Counted from the first letter of the stretch, positions 34,401 through 47,092 are shown. The stretch is 64,000 nucleotides of DNA from Phaeosaccion multiseriatum (GCA_965112735.1 OZ218952.1:4960001-5024000), one strand, 5' to 3'. Notes: generated from the letters alone by a model not told the origin. Numbers and translations: made by a program.

Positions 34401-35533
34401 GGCTTTTGCCTCCTGTATCACCAACTGCTGCTGCTACCGCTGATGCTGTATCACCAACTGGAGAGCTGCTGGGCGTGTTGGCTGTGGCGGATCAGCCCAA
34501 GCCCGAGGCGCGGAGCACCCTTCTGGCCTTGCGCCATTTGGGGATTGACGTGTGGATGGTCACGGGGGACAACACCCGTACGGCACTCTGGCTGGCGGAG
34601 CAGCTCCTGCTGCCGGCGGATAGGGTGGTGGCCGGCGTCATGCCACAGGACAAGGCGGCAAAGATCAGGGAGCTGCAGGGGGGGCAGAGGCAGGGGCATG
34701 GTATAGGCCAGGATCAGGAGAACCGCGGAGGAGGAGGAGGAGGAGGAGGAGGAGGAGGAGGAGGAGGAGGTTTTGCGAGGGGGGCGAAGGTAGGCGGGGA
34801 CAACAACAACGAGGATGATGCAATTGAGCGGCTCCCCTTGCGACGAGATGTGCAAGAGCAAGGGCAAGGAAGGGGAGGAGGAGGAGGAGGAGGAGGAGGA
34901 GGAGGAGGAGGAGGCGCGGTCGTCGTTGCTATGGTTGGAGACGGGGTGAACGACGCTCCTGCTCTGGCCGCCGCCGACGTGGGCATCGCCATTGGCTGCG
35001 GGACGTCCGTGGCGCTGGAAGTGGCCGATGTGGTACTCGTGCGCAGCCATTTGCATGACGTGGTGGTGGCCCTGCATCTGAGCCGCGCCGTGTTCCGGCG
35101 CATCAAGCTCAACTTCCTGTGGGCCGTGCTGTACAACCTCTGCGGAGTGCCTGTGGCGGCGGGGGTGCTCTATCCCTTCTTTCAGCTGCGCCTTCCCCCG
35201 GCCTTTGCAGGACTGTCCATGGCCCTCTCATCCATTTCAGTGGTGCTCTCCTCGCTATCGCTGCGCCTCTATTGCCGCCCCGTGGTCACGCCCGACGGTA
35301 AGCTCGACCAAACGCCGCCGATCGTGCGCTTCCTGCAGAGGCGGCTGTTGGGGGGAGGAGGAGCGGGCTATCGCCCTGTCTCGGATGAACGGTCCCAGGG
35401 GGGCGCTTCTTCCCACGGGGGGGTGGCCATGGTCGAATTGAGTGACACGGATGAGGAGGAGGGGGAGGAAGGCGAATTCCAAGCTGACCCGAGCACCCCG
35501 CTCAGCCCTCCCCGGGGTACCGCCTTGCTCTAG
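31421..35533 (+). CDS. ATP7: P1B-1 Cu(I)-transporting ATPase (ATP7/CopA type) with 4 N-terminal HMA domains, 2 exons
   Basis: Exons 31421-33178 and 33482-35533. Motifs GMSCAAC, MDLLVVVGT, TGES, ACPCVLGLATP, DKTGT, SEHP, TGDN, GDGVNDAPALA, with YN and MALSS in the last helices (P1B-1 signature). Confidence 0.95.
31520..32125 (+). repeat. three tandem 210-bp coding repeats (HMA domains)
   Basis: atgtgccag recurs at 31541, 31751 and 31961, and the units are highly similar at DNA level. Confidence 0.9.
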
Positions 35534-35769
35534 GGAGGGAGAGAGGGCAAATGTAAATGTTACACAAGACAAAAATAGATCATCGATATCTACACATCTT
35601 AGAAAGAAACACTAATTGTATGTAATATGAAGTGTTGGCAAGATGCTGAGGCCCTCCCAACGCGCTCTTGTCTTTCGCCAAGGACGCCGAGGGGAGGGAA
35701 GCAAGACCCACTCGTGGAAAGATGGGGCCCACTTTCGAGTCCCTCCTGTGGGTAGGGAGGACAACCCGT

Positions 35770-38700
35770 TCATTCCTCGTCCTCCTCGTCCTCGTCCTCC
35801 TCCTCCTCCTCGTCGTCGTCGTCGTCGTCGTCATCCCCCCGTCCACTCTCCTCCCGCTCCTGCTCCTCCTCCTCCTCCTGCTGGACGCGTCTCCTCTTTT
35901 GTGGTGTCTTCCTCGCCGCCTGCTCCTCGTCGTCACTGCTGCTATCCCCTTCATACACCCCCCCAACTCCGCCATCCTCCTCCTCGTCCTCCTCGTCCTC
36001 CTCATCCTCCTCCTCCTCCTCATCTTCATACTTGAAATCGTTCTCATCCACCTCAGTCCCGTCAATGTGCTTCATCTTCAGCTTCCCTACATGTAGCGCT
36101 CCTCCACAGTGGTTGGCCGCCGTGAGGGCCCTCATCTTGAGAAGGAAGGTCTCCTGAAAGCGCTTCACTGTGGGGCCCTCCTTTGCAAGTTGGGCATCGC
36201 CTACGCGCTTGGCGTGCAGACAGATGTTGTGCAGTTGCCTGTCGGAGGAGGGAGGGAGGGAGGAGAGGGGGGGGGAGGGAGAGAGAGAGGGAGGGAGGGA
36301 GAGGTAGAGAGAGCGAAGGAGGAGGGAGGGAGGGCGTGAGGAAGGGCGGTGGCAGTAGCAGCAGAGCAACAGAGAGGAGGGGCGTTTGCTTGAGGTGTAG
36401 AAATTAGGCTTTACGCCTCGCTTCAAGGCCCGATCTTCAGTCAGTCACAGTCATTCAGGCCGTCAGGGCAAGCAAGACGTAGGTCAGGCTGCATCAGCAC
36501 CAACGCCACAGCCCCCCTCAACCCTCTCTCCACCCACCCCCGCTCTCACCACCCCTCACCCTAGACCATCCACTGCCATCTACTGCCATCCTCGACCCCC
36601 GACCCCCGACCTGGTGGGCTTCTGAACGTGTCCGATGAAGTCCAACACGGAGTTCTGATTGGCGATGATGGCCTTCTCCAGGAAGGGCCAAGTCCTGAGC
36701 ACCGCCTCCACAAACTGCTTCCCCACCTGTTTCAGTTTCAGTTTCAGTAGATTCAGGTTCAGTTAAATCCTCTGATACAGTAGCAGCCAGCCAACAATGT
36801 TTATGTGTCAATCAACTGCAAACCGTTCCTCACCCTGAGCGTGGTGAGCAGAACAGGCTTCTTGTCCAGCTCGGGGTTTCCTTTGGTGAAGCCCACAAGC
36901 GCCATGAAGAGCAGGCCCATACGCTTGGCGTGCAGGAGCAGCCCCTGCTCTGGCAGAGAGCCATCTGTGAAGCGGGTGCGTCCCCAGCAGTCCACCAACG
37001 CCTGCAGCACCGGCCCCAGGTAGTGCGGGAAGGTGGCGGCGGAGAGCGTGGGGTATCCCTCCGCGGGTCCCTTGCTCCCGTCCGTCTCCAGGAGCTTGGG
37101 CAGTACCTCCAGCGTCAACCTCTCCACGGCAGTGAGCGGGTCAGGGGCGTGTTTGAGGAGCATCTTGACGAGCAGGGACAGGTTGGAGGCCACGTATCTG
37201 TTGCTCTTGTGAGTGTCTGGGGCACGGGGGGGAGGAGAGGAGAGGAGAGGAGACAGGAGAGAGGAGAGGAGAGGAGAGAGGGGAGGTCAAGCGTTTGGGG
37301 CGGGGCCAATGGAACGCGTGCCGCAGCGTCAACAGACAATGGTGGTCATTTCTGTGCAGCGCCGCATACCGACAGAGATAGATAGAGAGAGAGCCCGCTC
37401 ACACCCCGCTCGCTTGCCTTTCGTGACGCACACACACACACAGACACACACACACGCACGCACGCACAGTCACAGTCACATACTCCTGAATCTCTCTCTC
37501 TCTGTGTGTCTCTCTCTCCCTCTCCCCTCCGCCACGCACCCGCCACGAGCCAATCCCTCTGCAGCAGCACGTCGCACACTCCGCTGAGCTTGGCGTGCAG
37601 ACCAAAGTCGTACTCGTCGAGCAGCCCCGCCCCTCTCTCTGCCCCAGTCCCCTCCAAACCCTCACCATCCCCCTCCCCCTCCGCCTCTGCTGCAAACACC
37701 CTGAGCCTTGCGTTGACGAGCAGCTCGAGGGTCTTCACTAAGTCAACAGCAAGACCGAGGCGCTGGATCAGCGGTGCGAAGCTCGCCAGGCGACCGAAAA
37801 CGAGCCCGAAAGAGTCGTCGCTCCTGGCCCCCGTGTGCCACTCTGCCTCCTCGTCTTCGCGGAGCCCCGCGAGATGCAACATGATGAGCCCGAGGCGGCG
37901 GCGGCCGTGGTAGGAGCTGTGCAGCTCTGCGCTGCCGCACACCAGTCCAACCACGAGAAGCACCTTCTGCAGGCAAGGCAGGAGAAGCTCCACATCCTCC
38001 ATCGCCCCTCCACCCCGTCCTCCGCCGTATTTGGGGTCTTCCGACAGGGCGTTACTGTCCTGACACCTCCCACCCCCCAGCCCCTTGGCCACCAGCAGGA
38101 TGTGCCCCGAAAGGGCTCTGAACACGCCTCCCTCGAGGTAGGCGTCGAGAAGCGATGCGGCACAGCGCTTGTAGCGGGTCAGCGCCGCGTCTTTGTTGGA
38201 CGATGCAGACACCACCTGCGCCGCTGGAATGGGCGCCTCCCCACCACTTGAGCTACTTCCTCCTCCGCCTCCTCCACTACCACCGCCCCCCGTTCCTGCA
38301 CTTGACCCCGCCTCTCCTCCGCCCGCGCCCCCCCCCGTCCCTCCTCCCTTCGCAAAGCCGGTTGGTGCAGCTCTTTTGGGCGCGAGGCACAGAGACAAAT
38401 TGCCGTGCATCTCCTCCAGCAGCAGCCCCACCACCGCGAGCTCGACATTGGGATTCGCGTTGGAAACCGCCAGCGTGTCGCCCTCCCTGTCCCTCTCCTT
38501 GTGGCGCATTTCCGGGAAGCCAAGCGCGAGCACGACCTCCGGCGACAGAGGCCTCATGCGACCTCTCAGCGTGTGCAGCAGGGTGGCGTCGTCAGGCAGC
38601 CCCGCCGCACCGTCCTTGGCCTTCGCCTTGCCCTTCCCCTTGGCCTTCTTCTTCGCTCCACCGTCATCGTCGCTGCCCCCGTCCTCCTCTTCACCAGCTG

Positions 38701-40205
38701 GCCCATCTCCTCCACCTCCTCCTCCCCCCCCCCCGAGGCCCAGTGCCTGCCCCAAGCGAGATGCCGGGCACTGTCTGAGGCAGTAAATCAAGTCCGTCTC
38801 GAGCTCTGTGAGCTGCAGCATCCGCTTCACCACCTTGGCCCTCGTCTCAACACTCTTCTCTAACACAAAAGCGTTGATGATCTCGCGGAAGAAGTCCGCG
38901 GCGTGATACACACTCCACATGACCATATCCTGCTGAGGGGCACTTAGCCGCCCCACTGTATCCATCGTCTTCTCGTCCGGCACCACAACGGGCAGCCCGA
39001 GAATGGCGTCTATTGCCCGAAGGTGTCCCCCATCCGCGCGATGCGCCGCCGTGGTGAGGGCTACGAGTGGGCAGAGCGTGACCAACTGATTGCGGTCTCC
39101 CCTCGGATCCAGCAGGGGGAAGAGGTTGAGACAGAGCTCGGCAAGCCCCCCGTCCAGGTTGAGGCTGACTTTGGTCCTCACGCGTCCGTTGCAGTACACT
39201 CGCACGGCGTCCTCCTCGAGCTCTCCGTTCTCCACGCCGGACATGAAGGTCTCTGTCAGCGGCTGGGGGGGTGGCACACACACACACACACACGTCCATA
39301 CACACACACACACTTATGTATCGAATATGAGATAGCGGGCAGTGCAGGCTTCTCCCCCGTCTGTCACACGCACGCACCCACGCACACACACACACACACG
39401 CACGCACACACGCTCTCTCGTACCTCGGTAACCATGTCCTGCAGGGCGCTTGCCGCAGCGCTGTGAACGGAGGGAACAGCCAGGGCCAGCTCGTCGAAGA
39501 AAAAGCCTGAGGCACACACACACACACACATATATATATATACATACACAGAGAGAGATTGGTGAAATATACACTGGACGGATGGACCGGGCAGAAGTAT
39601 ACAATAAAGAGTGATGAGCAGAAGTATACAATACAGAGTGATGGGGAGAGAGATACGAGCCAACAGCGAAGAGCTTAGCCCAGCGCATCGATCCACCTCC
39701 CAAAGATTGGGCCTCAACCCGCCTCCCAAGGACAGGAAGGACGGGAAAGGGAGCACCTCCTCACCTCTGGCCAGCGCGTGGGAGTTGTGTAGCTGCATCA
39801 GCATGGCGAGGGACTCCTCATCGAACGCTTCAGCCGCCTCGTCCTCGTCCTCCTCGTCCTCCCCCCCCTGCGGCGGTCGCTGACGCTGCCGCTGCTGCCT
39901 CAGCGCCTCGCCCTCCTGCCCCCCCCTGGCGGCGTGAGCTACCATCGCCACGGCTCCTATGATGCCCACACGCTTAACCTTCATGTCGGGCTGGCTTAGC
40001 CACTTCTTCACGTAGATCTGCGCCGCCGCAGAGCAATAGGGGTAAAAGGGTGTCAGGGCAAGTGAGAGGTCGAGGCGCAGAAGCTGCGACATCGACTCCA
40101 TTTATGGTGTTCAGTTTTTAAAGGGCGGTGTGCTTGTTTTGCTACGATAGGGCAAAGGGTACAGGGTTAGGCATTTACAAGGCCGTTCTCCTCTCTGCCC
40201 TCCCG

Positions 40206-40237
<32 letters not shown>

Positions 40238-42928
40238 TAGATAGATTGAGTTGTCTCTGTCTCCGTGTTCCTCTTGCCCCTGCCCATATGACCCCACATG
40301 CTCGCACACACGCCCTCACCTTGAGCTCGTCCTTCCCCGCCCCATCGTCGGAGAGCTTACACAGCACCCTGAAGACCGTGCGCACATGCCCGTCAGAGAA
40401 GTGACGCACGAAGTCGAGCAGGCCCCGCACATGTGTGGCGAAGGGCCGCAGGGATGACACGTCATCTCGGGTCAGGGACAGCTCGTCTAGGACCTGACAC
40501 CAGGCAGAGGGGGGGGTGGGGGGGGGTGAGTGGGCGCTTTCTTCCCCTGCGATGAGCGAGAGGCTGAGCGAGCGAGAGCGCGATACCTTCTTGTGGGTGG
40601 AGGAGCAAGAGACAGACAGAGCCACAGAGCAAGAGGCGTCGTTGCCCGCGTCGCGCACGCACCCACACACGCACCTGCAGAGCGCTGTCCACCTCGTGCG
40701 CCACGCCGGAGCCCGCGTGGGTAAGCACAGCCCGCATGACCTGTTTGCATGCATCAAGGGGCGGAGACAGGGACAGGAACAGAGGTGGAGGCAGGGACAG
40801 AGGTGGAGGCAGGGACAGAGGTGGAGGCAGGGACAGAGGTGGAGGCAGGGACAGAGGTGGAGGCAGGAGCAGAGGAGGAGGCAGGGACAGAGGAGGCAGG
40901 AACAGAGGAGGAGGCAGGGACAGAGGTGGAGGCTGGTGAGTCGCAGTGTCAGCGGAGCGTCTGTTTCAGAATATGCCCACGCCGCACACCGGGAGAGAGA
41001 AGAGGGCCCCACCCAACCGCCCCCCCCTCTCAAAGTCTCAAAGCACTTAATCTACGGAGGCATACAGAGGCACAAAAATGTGTACAGCTCAGGGCCTCCC
41101 CTTTCTCCCAAGCCCCGTGCATGCCTTGACTTGTTCGTTCATTGACCGCTGATTGTTGAGTCGATTGCTGCGGCTCAACCAGGTGAGTCACTCAGTCACT
41201 CACCTCGAGCCTGTGGAAGCCCCCCGAGGACTCCGCCGCTGCCGAATGGAAGAAGGCCCTGAAGAGCAGGCAGTACAGCTTCACACCGAGCTGCTGCGCC
41301 TGGAGCGCCCCTGCCCTAAGCAAGAGGTCCGCCAGGCGCACAAGACTCCCAAAGAGGGCGGCCATGTAGGGTGCCATATCAGATATGGCGTCTTCAAGCA
41401 GCGCGGGGGTGAGGTGTCCAGCAGCGGCCTTCTTCTTGAAGAGCAGCTCGGCCTTCTTGGTTGGCCCCCCGCCCTGAGGGCCGGCACACAGGCTGGCGAG
41501 CACCCATACATCCACCACGCAGTGCCCCTTGCTGCTCTCCACGCCTGCAATGGCCCGGAGGAAGGCTTGCGCGAGGTCGGGGCGGAGCTGCAGCCCGTTC
41601 TTCAGCGCCTCCAAGGTCAGGGCCCCGTCGCTCATACTGCCATCCTCGCCGCCTCTGCCCCCCCCCCCCACTCCTCCTCCTCCTCCTCTTCCTCCTCCTC
41701 CTCCTCCTCCTCCTCCTCCTCTTCCCATCATCATCATCATCTCTGGCATGGCAGTGGCTTCCTCGTCCTCGTCAAATCCTCCTTCCCCTCGCCTGGCTCT
41801 GCCCCTGCCCCTGCCCACGAGTCGGAGTTTCTCTCGCACGTCCTTGACGACCCTCTGTGCGTGCTCGGGCAGTGACGCCTCCAGCAGGAAGCGCATCAGC
41901 ACCGGCAGAGTGGCCTGCTCGGCGCTGTCCAGCAGCTCCAGGCCCTTCTCGGTGATGTCTGTGAGCAGCTGCGGCTCCAGAGAGAGCTCAGCGTAGGCGT
42001 CCAACACACATACAAGCAGCTGGGGGTGGTCCGCGGTGAGCTCCTGACACGTTTGCACCACCTGCTGATGCGCCTGCGCATCCACCACCTCAGGCAAGTA
42101 GGCAATGAGGTCGCGCTTGAGGTCTAGCGGCACTACCACGAGGCAGCCCAGCAAGAGCTCCGTCAGCGCGCTGCTGTTGACGATGTTGTCGAGCCACCGC
42201 ATCTGGCTCAGAATCAGCCGAGGCAGCCCCGCCGACGAGCTAGCGAGGGCGGCGACTGCTGCTGCACCTCCTCCTCCTCCTCCTCCTCCTCCTCCTCCTG
42301 ACGCTACTGCTGCGGGTGGGGCTGGAGGGGCCGCCCCGTCCCTTTCGCGCTCCTCCTCCTCCGCCGAGGCCAGGTCGGGCAGCTTTTCCATCAGAGCGGC
42401 GATGACTCGCTCCTGCAGACAGTCAATGCGCAGCAGCACCTTCACCAGGCTTTCCCGCACGACGGCGCTGTTCGCACCCTCTCCCCCACCGCCCAGCCCT
42501 CCGCCATCCCCCACGAGCTCGAGGGGCAGCAGCGCTCTCCTGAGGTGCAGGAATGGACCCTGCTGCTGCTGCTGCTGCTGCTGCCCCTCCCACTGCGGAC
42601 CCTCCCCGTCTACCAGCCCCAGTAGCCCCTCTAGAAACTCCGCAGTCTTGGCCGCATCGTGCTCCAGCGCCCTCTCCACGTGCCTGCGCAACCGAGAGGT
42701 GGGCAGGCGCGTGTAAAAGCCTCTCTGCTGCTGTTGGGGCTGGGCCTCGTCGGCGTCCCACAACAGCCCCCCGGCCGCCAGGACAGAATGGAAAGCAGAC
42801 CTATATTTCCTCTTCTTCTCTCCCCCCTTCGTGGCCTGGTGCCTCTTGGCTGCTCTCTGCTCTTCGTGCTCATTGTTCTCCTTGCCGGTTGCCAAGGGCC
42901 GGACCTCGCCGCCGTTGGCTCGCTTCAT
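35770..42928 (-). CDS. FANCD2: Fanconi anemia group D2 protein, 9 exons
   Basis: Exons 42928-41204, 40740-40675, 40493-40320, 40017-39765, 39506-39424, 39262-37540, 37216-36834, 36726-36611, 36238-35770. Motifs ESLVKVLLRIDCLQ..LMEKLP, PRLILSQMRWLD, DELKIYVKKWLS..KRVGIIGA (region of the monoubiquitinated Lys), IDAILGLP, FFREIINAF, QKPTRQLHNICLHAK, GKLKMKHIDG and an acidic tail. Confidence 0.92.
40765..40932. repeat. 18-bp minisatellite (ACAGAGGTGGAGGCAGGG)n in FANCD2 intron 1
   Basis: About 9 degenerate copies. Confidence 0.85.
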
Positions 42929-43214
42929 GGCCAGCGGCAGGAGCGGGAAGCCCCACCTCTTGCAGGATCTTGCAGACAGACAGCAGCAATCACTTCTTAC
43001 GAGTGCAAAGGGGCTACCCAGAGTGAACTGCAGGGAGGGAGAGGAGGGATAATAAACGAGATCAGTGCGCTCCCGCGAAAAGCGAATCTCCATCCAGTGC
43101 CATCAATTTTTAAATTTTTTCTCCTCCCCCCCTTTCTTTTTTCCCGCTCCCGTGCTTGCATGAGCATTTATTTTTTTATTTAATTTTAATTTGGGGCCCC
43201 CAGCGTACTTTACA

Positions 43215-43622
43215 ATGGCCGAAATCACTGGGACTTTGGATGAGATCGCCAAGGGTTCGCTGGATCATGTAATGCTTCACGTGACGGACCTCGACGTATC
43301 CAAGGCGTTCTACTTGAGCGCTCTCGCGCCACTTGGCTACCAACAGATTGTGGAGATGCCTGGAGCGGTGGGGCTGGGGGCCAGTGGAAAGCCTGACTTT
43401 TTCCTCAAGGCAGGAGACGAAGCCACGAAGAACCTGCACCTGGCCTTCACCGCATCTTCCGACAGCCAAGTCGACGCCTTTCACAAGGCAGCCTTGGCTG
43501 CGGGTGGAAAGGACAACGGGCCGCCAGGGAAAAGGGCCCACTATCACCCAGGCTACTACGGCGCTTTCGTCTTGGATCCAAATGGTCTGAATATTGAGGT
43601 AGTTCATCACGCCAGTAAGTAA
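43215..43622 (+). CDS. intronless VOC (glyoxalase/bleomycin-resistance/dioxygenase) family protein
   Basis: 135 aa: LDHVMLHVTDLDVSKAFYLSALAPLGY..LHLAFTA..VDAFHKAALAAGGKDNGPPG.R..YHPGYYGAFVLDPNGLNIEVV, a typical bacterial/fungal-type small VOC protein with His, His and Glu as candidate metal ligands. Confidence 0.92.
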   Translation: MAEITGTLDEIAKGSLDHVMLHVTDLDVSKAFYLSALAPLGYQQIVEMPGAVGLGASGKPDFFLKAGDEATKNLHLAFTASSDSQVDAFHKAALAAGGKDNGPPGKRAHYHPGYYGAFVLDPNGLNIEVVHHASK

Positions 43623-44213
43623 GTGTAGAATAGAAAGAAAAATTGGAAAGCTATCCAGCCAGTTAAGGCTGGGCAATACAAATGGAGAAGAAGGAAGGAA
43701 GAGGATTTGGAACAAACGGGGAAGTGTGCTCAGCATAGAATAGAAGGAAGTGTCCGACACTCGAGGAAGTGTGCTTGACACCCGACACAAGAGTGTAGAA
43801 AGTATTGAATAGAAATAGACAAAAAAAATGGTATCATTCGCACTGTACAAAAAGATGCACCAACATTGTGTCGATCTGTACAAGAGCTTCCGCTCTCTCG
43901 CAGCCCATCTGCTCCCAGCTCTAGAATCGAATCAAGACGACTTGGTTTAACTTTGCACCTCCCATCGTCCTCTGCACCTCCGAGGCGCAAAGAACAAGAG
44001 AGTCATTTTCTTTTGAGCTGGAGAGCTGGGAGCGTATTGGCTGCCCAACACTTCCTCCTGTGAAGCTCTGTGTAGGCCTACTAATCTCCTCCGTCATGAC
44101 ATGCCGTCAAGACTGCCCCAGAAGACGGTCTCCCTCCCTCCCCCTCCCGCCGTCCTGTCAGTCCTCTTGTCCGTACTCCAGTGCGCACACCCGGCCCAGC
44201 CGATACCGTCCCG

Positions 44214-47092
44214 TCAGCCGTCCAGCAGCGTCTGAGCCAGCAGCTTCTCGAACTGCCTCCCCTTCTCCTTCTCAGCCTTGACTTGCCGCAGCGCGTCCCC
44301 CATGCCCGTCTCTCCCTCCGAAGCAGCTGCTGATGCCGCTTCCCTTTCCCCCTCCGCACGAGCTCCTCCTGCCCCTGCTGCGGAAGAAGAAGTCTCCACT
44401 GCTCCCACGGCCTCTCCCATCGCCCCCACGGCAGCCCCGAAAGCCTCCATGCCCTGCGCAGCGGCGGCGGCGGAGGCCTTGAAGGAAGTCATGAGTCCCT
44501 CCACGAGGCCGCTCGCCTTGAGCCCTGCATAGGCCTGGGCCGCCGCGTCCTCGGAAAAGCCGTACCAGCGCATCCACGCATAGTCCGCTTCACCCCCTTC
44601 TTCGGCAACAGGCACCTCAGCAGGAGGCGCCTGCTGTTGCGGCTGCTTCTGTATCACCGACTGCTGTTGCTGCGGCTTGGACGAGCTCCCACCGCTCTGG
44701 GATGGTGCCGACACTGCCGATGATGCTGCTGCTCCTCCTCCTCCTCCTCCTGCTGCTGCTGCTGCTACCCTGGGCCCACGCAATGCCGCTGCAGGAGAGG
44801 TGGGAGTTGGCGTCGTTGTCGTTGCTACTGCTGGGGCGGGGGCTGCAGCTGGTGCAGCAGGCTTCGCTAGCGACGCCGATACGGACTTGGGAGGCATCAA
44901 GGAGGAGGAGGAGGAGGAGGTGGTGGAGGAGGGGGGGGGAGCCACCGCGGCCGGCTTCTTGGCGTTTTTGGCGAAGTTGGGGGCACCGTCGGACAGGAAC
45001 CAGGGATTCAGCACGGGCACCGACACAGAGGAGCGCTTCGAGCCGAAGCTCGCGTGGGGCGCCGCTGCCTTCGCTGGAGCTGCGGTTGCTGCTGTTTTTG
45101 CTGGAGGGGCTCCCGCTGCTCCCGCTGCTCCTGCTGCAGTCGCTAATTTTGCTCCTGCTTTTGGTGGAACTGCTGCTGACGAAGATGGCGACGCAGAAGC
45201 CGGCGTGGTTTCGGCAGGTTTCCGGCCACTGACCCCTCGGGGCATCCCAAAGGTGGTGCCAGGAACAGGTGCTGCGGCGCCCGCCTCTGGTCTTGCTGGC
45301 GCTGCTGCTGCAGATGCACCTCCTCCTCCTCCTCCAGACATACCCGGGGGGTCCTTCCCCGAGGACTTACACTCCTCCACCCCGTCGTCTATCCAGTGGC
45401 GCTCCCTCTCTGCTCTCTTCAGGGCCTCCACCCGCTTGCTCTCCGCCGTGGCCTTCAGCCGCGTCTCCTCCTCCTCCTTGCGCACCTTCTCGGCCTCAGC
45501 CTTGGCCCGAGCCTCGCTCAGGGTTCGAATCATTGCATCCATCAGTGGCTGCTTCCCTGCACCCTCCTCACCCATCTTGCCCTTCTGCCCGGCGTTGTCT
45601 CCAGCGCTCTGCGGCTGTGCTAAATTCTTCTCTGCAACCGAAGGGGTGGGGCTACTGGCGGGAGCAGCAGCGGTACTAACACCCAAATTACTCGCCTCAG
45701 TGGACGGGGTACTCCGCCGTTGCTGTGGTCCGTCTACCTTTGCCTGTGCTTTCTCCGGCCCTACCCCTACTTTCACAGCAAAAACCGCAGCCGCCACAGG
45801 TTTCGTCATCACTGCCGCTCCTCCTCCTCCTCCTGCTGCTGCTGCTGCTGTTACTGCTGTTGCTGTTGTTGCTCTTGCTGGTGCGGTTGCTTCTTTTGCT
45901 GGTGCTTGTGCTGGTACTGGTGCTGGCAGCGAGGCTGGTAGTAAAGCCTCAGAAGCAGTACTGTTTGCCTCCACCCGGAGTTTAAGCCCCTTCTTGGCGC
46001 CCCCTCCAGCGTGACTGGCCGGCTTGGTCTTTGTCATGGCCGTCGTAGCCCCCTCTGCCGCGCCGCTGCCGCTACTACTGCTGCTGCCGCTACCCAGGCT
46101 GATGATATTGCCTCTAGCCCTGGCTTTGGCAGATGCGCTGGCCTCTTCCTTCTCGGCAGGGCTCATGCCCGCCGCCACCTTCTCTGCCTCTGCAGAAGCA
46201 CCCCCTCCGATGGCACCCGATGGCTTCTGCACGGCTTCCGCCAGGTCCTTGAAGCTGTCCGCTCGGGCAGCCAGGTCCGCGGCACTCAGCCTCCTCCCCT
46301 GCTGGACGGGGACGGGGGGGGGGTGGAGAGAGTCGTGGATCAGCAGGAGCAAGGCAAGATAGGAGAGAGCTCGTGCACAAACAATGAGGGCAACAAGACA
46401 GCACAGAAATACGAAGAATCGATGAGGGAGGGAAGCGCTTCCTTCAGTCGGTTGGTGCGCACCTTCTTCCCGGAGAGAGTGCTGATGACCACCGCTCCGG
46501 GCGCCTTCCCCGTCGAGCCTCCCGTACTCGCAGCCCCTGCCGCAGTGGGAGGCTCTTCCGCGGTCGCCGGCGAAGGCTTCCATAATGCCTTGGCCCGCTT
46601 AGGAGCCGGCATAGACGCCTTGGCTGCGGCTAGACCCGCCTTGGAAGGGGCCGCCTTGGCTTTCCCTCCTGTCGCCGCCGCTGCTGCTGCAGGAGTAGCA
46701 GTGGTGGCTCCACCCTTTCCTGTCGGAGTGGCCTTTGACTTCGACCCCAGCTTCACAACGGGGCCACTGGTGCTTCTGGTCTGGACCCCTGCCGCTGCTC
46801 CCCCTGTCGCTGCTGCCGCTGGTCCTCCCACTGGGGGCGCCGCTGCCCCCCCGCTCATCTCCGCTGCGCTCCTCTTCTTGGCAGACGTTGCTCCCCTCCC
46901 TGCTGCGCCTCCTCCCTTGGGCTTCTTCGCCCGCTTGGCCGCCGGAGGGGCAGGCGAAGCATCGGAAGACGTTCCTCCAGCCGCCGCCGCCGCTCCTGCT
47001 GCTGCTCCTCCTCCAGCCCTCTTCCTACCAGCCCCCCCCCCCCTCCCCCTCGCTCCTCCGTTCCCTCTCCCTCGGCCTGTTCCACGCGCCAT
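44214..47092 (-). CDS. Ala/Gly/Pro/Lys-rich orphan protein, 2 exons
   Basis: Exon 47092-46463 (MARGTGRGRG..., basic) with donor AAG/GTGCGC, joined in frame to exon ~46301-44214. Long open frames, no recognisable domain. Confidence 0.6.

Noticed and set aside
44095-44216. Open frame continuing after the TGA of the Ala-rich orphan (readthrough or selenocysteine?)
   Set aside because: The extension has no conserved-looking content and no SECIS-like element was recognised.
45520-45535. GGTTCGAATC T-loop-like word
   Set aside because: It lies inside a coding exon and there is no cloverleaf around it; not a tRNA.
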